Positions 55,600 through 64,000 of a stretch of DNA of 64,000 nucleotides are shown piece by piece. The notes below the pieces were generated by a model. That model did not search any database. It was not told the DNA's origin and was given only the letters and a program-made list of their open reading frames with translations. The stretch is from the NCBI GenBank assembly GCA_951406725.2, contig OX597838.1, positions 40,052,001 through 40,116,000 on the forward strand, in the 5' to 3' direction. Source of the DNA: Octopus vulgaris. Taxonomy: Eukaryota. The number at the start of each line of letters is the position of its first letter. Position 1 is the first letter of the stretch. The translations under genes were made by a program, and so were the position numbers.

Positions 55600-56120
55600 T
55601 TTGGAAATCTGGATGAAGTTAATTTTATCCCTCTTTGAAACAACAACGTTGCCACAACTGAAGCGACCTCTATTTCTGGTGGATGTGCTTGATTCAAATC
55701 CGGGACGTTCTGCGTCTTAGATACAATGGCAGAAGTGCCATATGCTCGTTTTGCAAGATTGGAGTCAAGTACTCACGAGCCTTCTCGAACCTTACCTCCA
55801 CCGTTGCGTACCTGGTGCCTTGGTCCAGATATGTGATTTTCTTCATCACCGGTCCGAGGCATATTTCGAAAGGTCCTTCTTCAAAGTATTCCAGTTTTTT
55901 GTTTACTATGTCATATGTCTTGTAGATTATGGTTTTCTCTCTTTTAGTTGATAATTCCACTTGGGATGGGGCGGGGGAGCAACTTTACTTCCTCTATCCC
56001 GTCTCCTGTTATCATTCAAAGAACGACTGAATTTCTGCCTTTTCAAGCAAAATGATTTCCTGTTGCCCTCCCACAACGGAGGCAACTTTTTTATACACTG
56101 GTGTTCTAAAGAAGACATTT
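55600..56120 (-). pseudogene. Possible L1/Tx1 ORF1 remnant
   Basis: Frameshifted reading ...YATVEVRFEKA...LLPLYLRRRTSRI...PPEIEVASVVATL resembles Tx1 ORF1 regions; weak. Confidence 0.35.
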
Positions 56121-56477
56121 TGTTTTTTTAAACAAAAGTTCTAACACAGGAGCAAAAATAGTCATGCACAAAGTTGAAAATCCTTCCCTAAGAGGGAAGG
56201 ATAACCATTCAACAAAGGAAAAAATCTTTCAACAACGTTTCCCTTACGGGAAACCAACATAAAGCAAAACTTGCAAGCAGGTAACAAAATGTAACAAACA
56301 AACCTTACGGTCGCAACGATGTAGCTGAAAAAAACCACTTGCCAAAGACAGAGATGATTTAACAACGGTATAAAAAATCTATGTTAATTTATTGATGCAT
56401 TTCGAAAAGTCTGTTTGTATTAATCAGACAATTGCCAAAAATGTTTAAAAAATTCAAAACTTTGCCGAGTTCTGAAT

Positions 56478-57519
56478 ATAGGCTATAATAAGAATAGCCT
56501 GGGCAAAGTTTAGGGAGCTCTTACCTCTGCTGGTGACTAAAGGCCTCTCGCTCAGAGTAAAAGGTAGACTGTATGATGCATGTGTACGAACAGCCATGCT
56601 ACATGGCAGTGAAACATGGGCCGTGACTGCTGAGGACATGCGTAAGCTCGCGAGGAATGAAGCCAGTATGCTCCGATGGATGTGTAATGTCAGTGTACAT
56701 ACTCGACAGAGCGTTAGTACCTTGAGAGAATTGTTGTACCTAAGAAGCATCAGATGTGGTGTGCAAGAAAGACGATTGCGCTGGTATGGTCATGTGGCGA
56801 AAATGGATGAAGATAGGTGTGTGAAAAAGTGCCAATCCCTAGCAGTTGAGGGAACCCGTGGAAGATGTAGACCCAGGAAAACCTGGGATGAGGTGGTGAA
56901 GCACGACCTTCGAACTTTAGGCCTCACTGAGGAAATGACCAGCGACCGAGACCTTTGGATATATGCTGTACGTGAGAAGACCAGGCAGGACAAGTGAGCC
57001 CAGCCAACTTATGCATGCCTTTCCTCCCTTCGACACAAAGACCTGTTGAGGCAAGCGAAGTCGATATCGAACCTCATCCGACGACAGGCACCCATGCCAA
57101 CCCCCTCTGCTTGCGAAGACATGTTGGGGCAAGTGAAATCGAAATTGAACCAATCCTATGACTGGCACCCGGCAGATGCCAGGACCCCTGGACTGGTGGT
57201 ACGTAAAAAGCACTATCCGAATCGTGGCCGATGCCAGCGCCGCCTCGACTGGCTTCCGAGCCGGTGGCACGTAAAATGCACCAATCTGACCGTGGCCGTT
57301 GCCAGCCTCGCCTGGCACCTGTGCAGGTGGCACGTAAAAAGCACCCACTACACTCACGGAGTGGTTGGCGTTAGGAAGGGCATCCAGCTGTAGAAACATT
57401 GCCAGATAAGACTGGAGCCTGGTGCAGCCTTCTGGCTTCCCAGATCCCCGGTCGAACCGTCCAACCCATGCTAGCATGGAGAACGGACGTTAAACGATGA
57501 TGATGATGATGATGATGAT
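56478..57519 (+). mobile_element. RTE-clade LINE 3' portion (ORF end 56997) with 3' UTR and (GAT)n tail
   Basis: LYDACVRTAMLHGSETW, RRLRWYGHV, GRCRPRKTW; ends ggacgttaaacgatgatgat. Confidence 0.92.
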
Positions 57520-57854
57520 ATATATATATAAAACCAAAAAGCCAGTTCTAGAATTTCTCATTTCTCTTAGAGATGAAGGCAGTAGTTGTATTAGTAAGTA
57601 ATGTTCATAGCCACTTCAACATGGCTGTTCCGTTTGAACTGACTTTGCTGCAATTTTTAATCCCAAGTGGACATCTCCTGTAGTTGGTTAACGATGCACA
57701 GCTGCATATATTGCAAACAGTACAGTGAACCCCTACCTCCTTTTAGTGACGGGATCAGCAGACCCGTCCCATTTAGGGCTATTTCTGCCTCCCTTCAGTA
57801 CTGGACACCTCGTCTGCTAGAGATGGCAGTAGCTCGCAGTATGTATAAATTCAA

Positions 57855-58512
57855 GACGGCGAGATGTCAGAAACGTTAGCACGCTGGGCGAAATGCGGTA
57901 TTTCGTCTGCCGTTACGGTCTGAGTTCAAATTCCGCCGAGATGGACTTTGCCTTTCATCTTTTCGGGGTCGAGAAATTAAGTACCAGTTACGGACTGGGA
58001 TCGATGTAATCGACTTAATCCCTTTGTCTGACCTTGTTTGTCCCCTCTGTGTTAAGCCTCTCTATGTGGGCAATAAAGAAATGAGAATTGTTAGCACACC
58101 AGACGAAATGCTTAGTGGTATTTCGTCTGTCTTTACGTTCTGAGTTCAAAATCCGCCAAAGTCGACTTTGCCTTTCGTCTTTTCGGGGTCGAGAAATTAA
58201 GTACCAGTTGCATACTGGGGTCGATCTAATCGACTCTCCCCACCACCACCAAAAAAATTCGGGCCTTGTGCTTAGGGTAAATAAGATTATTCTCTTTGCA
58301 TTTTAAGGCAGCGAGCTGCCAGAAACGTTAGCACGCCGGGCGAAATGCTTAGCAGTATTTCGTCTGTCGACATTCTGAGTTCAAATTCTGCCGAGGTCGT
58401 CTTTGTCTTTCGAGGTCGATAAATTAAGTATCAGTTACGTACTAGGGTCGATCTAATCGACGGGCCCGCTCCCTCAAAATTTCGGGCATTGTACCTAGAG
58501 TAGAAAAGAATA
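57855..58512 (+). mobile_element. Three tandem SINE-C units
   Basis: Repeated head and core. Confidence 0.85.
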
Positions 58513-58828
58513 CATATAAATTCAAGAGAACACACAGGGTGGTGTTGGGGTGGATTGGGGTTCAGCACGATTCGCTTTACTCCTTCTCCTTTTCTTCCTT
58601 CTTCTGCCGTCTTCCCATTCTTTTGGTACTTCCTCCTCTTCCGTTGTATTCTGCTCCCTTATATTCTGTTCCTCCTTGGTTACTACCGAGGAGTTTTGAC
58701 ACAGAGGTCACACACACACACACACTCATATATATTTAATAATAGCAGTTTGACTCGGCACAATGCAACTTAAAATCTGTTGGCTCAAAGGCATATTGGA
58801 AATCAAGCAAGAAGTTGAGTCAAACTGT

Positions 58829-59225
58829 TGAGTGGCTGTGTGGTAAGTAGCTTGCTAATCAACCACATGGTTCTGGGTTCAGTCCCACTGCGTGGCATCT
58901 TGGGCAAGAGTCTTCTGCTATAGCCTCTGGCCGACCAATGCCTTGTGAGTGGATTTGGTAGAGGGAAACTGAAAGAAGCCTGTCGTATATATGTATATAT
59001 ATATATAAGTGTGTGTGTATATGTTTGTGTGTCTGTGTTTGTCCCCCTAGCATTGCTTGACAACCGATGCTGGTGTGTTTACGTCCCCGTCACTTAGCGG
59101 TTCGGCAAAAGAGAACGATAGAATAAGTACTGGGCTTACAAAGAATAAGTCCCGGGGTCGATTTGCTCGACTAAAGGCGGTGCTCCAGCATGGCTGCAGT
59201 CAAATGACTGAAACAAGTAAAAGAA
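58829..59225 (+). mobile_element. SINE-A copy
   Basis: Similarity to the other copies. Confidence 0.9.
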
Positions 59226-59434
59226 TACATGTAAATGCTATCGAATGTGTTGAGTGCCTATTTCTTTAGTTTATCCACCCACTTATGGTGTTGTCAACAT
59301 AAGACTACAATGAAAGATACTTGTCCAAGGAGTTGCACACTGGAGTGGAACCTGAAACCATGTGGTTATGAACCTGGTGTCATGACAATAACTATTTCAT
59401 ACAAAAAATTTATCATAGAATTCTAAGCAAAACC

Positions 59435-59655
59435 TATTTCTTTACTACCCACAAGGGGCTAAACACAGAGAAGACAAACGGATTAAGTTGATTATATCAA
59501 CCCCAGTGCGTAACTGGTATTTATTTAATCAACCCCGAAAGGATGAAAGGCAAAGTCGACCTCGGCGGAATTTGAACCCAGAACGTCGCGGCAGATGAAA
59601 TACTGCGAAGCACTTCGCCCGGCGTGCTACCGATTCCGCCAGCTCCTGCCGCCTT
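59435..59655 (-). mobile_element. SINE-C copy
   Basis: Reverse complement of core and tail. Confidence 0.8.
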
Positions 59656-59693
59656 CTAAGCAAAACCAAAGCATGAATGTACGACTTACTTAC

Positions 59694-59798
59694 CTGCATT
59701 AATAACAGAAATGGAAATATTTTCAACTAGGAATTTAAAATTAAGATAAAGAAAAAACAACGCCAAGACAGTTGTTGTCCATGTTTTACTTATAATCT
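59694..59798 (-). CDS. Candidate upstream exon (hydrophobic signal/anchor segment) of the stanniocalcin-like gene
   Basis: ttttgtctgtgtgtctataaaag| acceptor and GCAG|gtaagt donor; 105 nt, phase 1 to 1, IISKTWTTTVLALFFLYLNFKFLVENISISVINA; phase-compatible with exon 9014-9174. Confidence 0.5.
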
Positions 59799-59846
59799 CT
59801 TTTATAGACACACAGACAAAATTGTTAATGACATTTCAAAATACAA

Positions 59847-59883
<37 letters not shown>

Positions 59884-60488
59884 CACACACACATACATAC
59901 ATACATACACACAAATATGCAATGATTGTTCTTTTGTTAAATGAGCATTTGTTAAAACACTTCACAGACGTGCATAAAGAATAAACAGTTTACAACAATC
60001 TGTACCATGATGAGTCTTTAATTGCAAGGAGGTGGAGTCACTTCACTTCAAAAGGATATGTTCTCAATAATAACTCTGTGTGTGTGTGTGTGTGTGTGGT
60101 ACATGAGTGTGCGTACACATGTGCATTCCTTTGTTTGAAGGCAAAACTTTACTTGGTTATTGTATGCAACGATACAGCAAAAGATTTAGCTCCAAAACAT
60201 ATATAAACATATATAAACAGCTCCATACATAAGGAGTGCGCTTTTCCTCTCATTTGTACAGCTATACACACACACACAGAAAACACTCGTACGTAATATC
60301 AATGACATTTACTCACACAAAAGTCTGCAATGTGGAAAATCTTAGCTTGAGTTGAAGATTAAAGTGGGAAGAAAAAAACAGATATGATGATTAGCACTGC
60401 ATTACAATCAGATATATACACACAGGCAGACTTACATATCCATGTGTAAATACAGGTATAAGGATTTAAATTTGTGCATGAGTATAAT

Positions 60489-60525
<37 letters not shown>

Positions 60526-60555
60526 CATCTATATATATATATGAATACACACTAT

Positions 60556-60586
<31 letters not shown>

Positions 60587-60628
60587 AATTAGAGAATATT
60601 ATAATATAATATTTTATTCCCTAATATT

Positions 60629-60667
<39 letters not shown>

Positions 60668-61011
60668 TACACATTATTACTTATATATATATATATATAT
60701 ACTTACATATGCACAAAAGAATATGCATACACACACACACACACATGCATACACATACACACACACATCTTCTGTATCTTGTGTATATCCCCCACCACCA
60801 ATCGACAACTGGTGGTCGGGAGTTTTTACATCCTCATAACTTAACAGGTCAGCAAAAGGAACAATAGAATAACAGGCTGCAATAATAAGCACTGGTGTTG
60901 ATCCATTGAAATAAAAATTCTCCAATGCAATGCCCCAGCTTGGCCATTATCTAATGACTGAAATAAAGTAAGATATATACACATACATACATGTACTTTT
61001 ATACATATCAA

Positions 61012-61080
<69 letters not shown>

Positions 61081-61231
61081 ATATATATAGGTTGATATGT
61101 TGATATATACATATCAATTTATCTCTCTATCTCTCTCTATATATACACACACACATACACGCACACATATATGCAAATGCATGCATATATATTCATGTAC
61201 ACATATCTACATATAACTATATATATACTCA

Positions 61232-61271
<40 letters not shown>

Positions 61272-61309
61272 TTAATATGAATTGAACTAGTTTCATCTCA
61301 TATATACAT

Positions 61310-61357
<48 letters not shown>

Positions 61358-61722
61358 GCATATATATATGTATGTATATACATGCATACACACACACACA
61401 CACATTATATACATATAAGGCAAAGAAGAAAACAGAAGATAATTAACAAACATCAGACTGCAAGCATTAATTGGATCTATTTACTAATTACAAGCAGATA
61501 TATATAAATAAGTAAATAAATATATGAGTGAATAATATAATCATTCAGCTGTTTCTCCTTTAGGGGTGGGGGTCCATCCTGCCAAAGATGACCCCATCAT
61601 ATCAATATTACAGAGATTGTACAAAAGTTGGACAAAGGTTGGACAGAGGTTGGGCAATAATTGAGCCCTAAAGCTTCATCAGAGAATCCATAAGGGTAAG
61701 AATTAAACATGTGAGGAAGTAT

Positions 61723-62540
61723 ATCATCATCATCATCACCATTGTTTAACGTCCGCTTTCCATGCTGGCATGGGTTGGACGGTTCAACTGGGGTCTGGGA
61801 AGCCAGAAGGCTGCACCAGGCCCAGTCTGATCTGGCAGTGTTTCTACAGTTGGATGCCCTTCCTAACGCCAACCACTCCGTGAGTGTAGTGGGTGCTTTT
61901 TACATGCCAATGGCACAGGTGCCAGATGAGACTAGCAAACAGCCACGATCGGATGGTGCTTTTTACGTGCCACTGGCACAGGTGCCAGATGAGGCTGGCA
62001 AACGGCCACGATCGGATGGTGCTTTTTACGTGCCACTGGCACAGGTGCCAGATGAGACTGGCAAATGGCCACGATCGGATGGTGCTTTTTACGTGCCACT
62101 GGCACAGGTGCCAGATGAGACTGGCAAATGGCCACGATTGGATGGTGCTTTTTACGTGCCACTGGCACAGGTGCCAGATGAGACTGGCAAATGGCCACGA
62201 TCGGATGGTGCTTTTTACGTGCCACTGGCACAGGTGCCAGATGAGGCTGGCAAATGGCCACGATCGGATGGTGCTTTTTACATGCCAATGGCACAGGTGC
62301 CAGATGAGACTGGCAAATGGCCACGATCGGATGGTGCTTTTTACGTGCCACTGGCACAGGTGCCAGATGAGACTGGCAAATGGCCACGATCGGATGGTGC
62401 TTTTTACATGCCACTGGCACAGGTGCCAGATGAGACTAGCAAACAGCCACGATCGGATGGTGCTTTTTTACGTGCCACTGGCACAGGTGCCAGATGAGAC
62501 TGGCAAACGGCCACGATCGGATGGTGCTTTTTACGTGCCA
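61723..62540 (-). mobile_element. RTE 3' UTR copy with an internal 63-bp unit amplified about 10 times (61893-62540)
   Basis: 61723-61900 is the reverse complement of ~57330-57519; unit gccactggcacaggtgccagatgagactggcaaatggccacgatcggatggtgctttttacgt. Confidence 0.92.
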
Positions 62541-62922
62541 AAATAAAAATAGTAAGGAATGGTAAAAAAAAAAGTCAATTCCAAGGTAATATCCATAGGT
62601 TATGAGATTACATCCTATTCCAATTTACTTGAAATACTTATGAATATGATTGTAATTAATAAATAGATCCAATTAATGTTTGCAGGTTGATGTTTGTTAA
62701 TGAAATTCTCTTCTCCATTTTCTTCTTTGCCTTATAAATTCTAGGCAAATTCCTCTTTACCCCCAATGCATACCTATTATTCAATTATGCTATTGCTTTG
62801 CAACAGTAAGCATTTGGATATAAATACATAGGTATACATCCAGTAGTATATTAGACATTTATTATCCCTTAGATGCTTGCTTAACCTCTAACTCATATAT
62901 ACACACACATATATATAGATAT

Positions 62923-62961
<39 letters not shown>

Positions 62962-63150
62962 CACATACATATAAACAGACATGCATACATATATACATGT
63001 AAATATACACACACATAGACATATATATATATATATATATAAACACACACAGACACATATATATATATACATACATACATATTTGTGTGTATATATATAT
63101 GTACATATATATATTTGTTTATATATATATATATATACATATATGTATTT

Positions 63151-63224
<74 letters not shown>

Positions 63225-63257
63225 TTGTTTATATATATATATACACATATATTTATA

Positions 63258-63305
<48 letters not shown>

Positions 63306-64000
63306 TATTTATATATATATATACACACATATATATTTGTTTATACACACACACAATATATATAATAAACATGCATACAGGATTCACCAAAAGCCAAAGA
63401 AGAGATAGACGAAATGATGCCCCAATTGTCCACAGAAGAGATGTCCACTGTTGCTGAGTTTGAGAAAGTAAAGTCAAAAAAAAAAAAAAAATGAAGCCAC
63501 ATGTTGACAAGCATTAAAGATTATGAGTTGGAAAATGAATTTAGTGAAAGCGTTCAGCTGAACTGAAAAGAAAATAACCTGCTGCACTCATTCGTCACAG
63601 AAGACAAAGGATATTGTGCAGGTTGTGGAGGGGTGGAGTATGAAGAGAGTGTGGTGTTAGTAAGTTATCAGTGGTATTTTGGGGTTTTTTTTGTATATAA
63701 ATTACACAGAACCATGTGCTGTGATGTGCTTTCTCTTTCAATTTGATAGGAACGACAGTCAGTGAGTGCTGAGCTCAAAACTTATTTACGGTTTGATCAC
63801 AAACAGATCTTTGTAGCTGTTGCTATAGTCATCCTTGTTGTGTGGCCCCTAAGGAAGCTCCAAAGAATAAAAGAACACTGGTGTACAGGCATTGGATTTA
63901 ATGACAAAAGATACGAGTCATCCATCTGTTGTTTTTCCAATCAATCACCATGCCCCTCCCCACTCTGATAGGCAGGGTTTAATCATATGAAGAGGTTGGG

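Noticed and set aside
61540-61610. gaaacagctg plus hairpin on the minus strand
   Set aside because: No intact CUGANGA box or UH site in register
61742-62546. Periodic 21-aa ORFs and a CRISPR-like look
   Set aside because: Units are contiguous with no unique spacers and derive from the RTE 3' UTR; eukaryotic context and no cas genes
63380-63968. Possible plus-strand exon-like segments near the window end
   Set aside because: No recognisable domain, no clear donor sites, and the frame is broken; cannot be supported

Overview
Eukaryotic, very AT-rich and microsatellite-dense DNA. The SINE/LINE repertoire looks like an octopus (coleoid cephalopod) genome, but that is an inference. Nearly all ORFs in the supplied track are translations of (TA)n/(CA)n/(GATA)n repeats. 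The real content is: (i) one convincing host exon (9014-9174, minus strand, Cys-rich stanniocalcin-like) and a phase-compatible hydrophobic exon at 59694-59798, implying a ~50 kb intron; (ii) a pile-up of transposable elements: Tc1 and mariner copies, MITEs, CR1/L2-like, RTE, Tx1/L1-like and R4-like LINE remains, a solo LTR, three tRNA-type SINE families and two Penelope-like elements (PLEs), one with an intact RT+GIY-YIG ORF; (iii) a ~13 kb modular tandem array at 17.5-30.6 kb. The most striking feature is the density of minimal type-I hammerhead ribozyme (HHR) folds: about 16 loci, mostly in short PLE-terminal fragments sitting in (TA)n. Several are wrapped in fold-back inverted repeats, and six lie in the tandem array, where the core carries a compensated G3:C8 pair. 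All folds were identified by eye and none is tested for cleavage.
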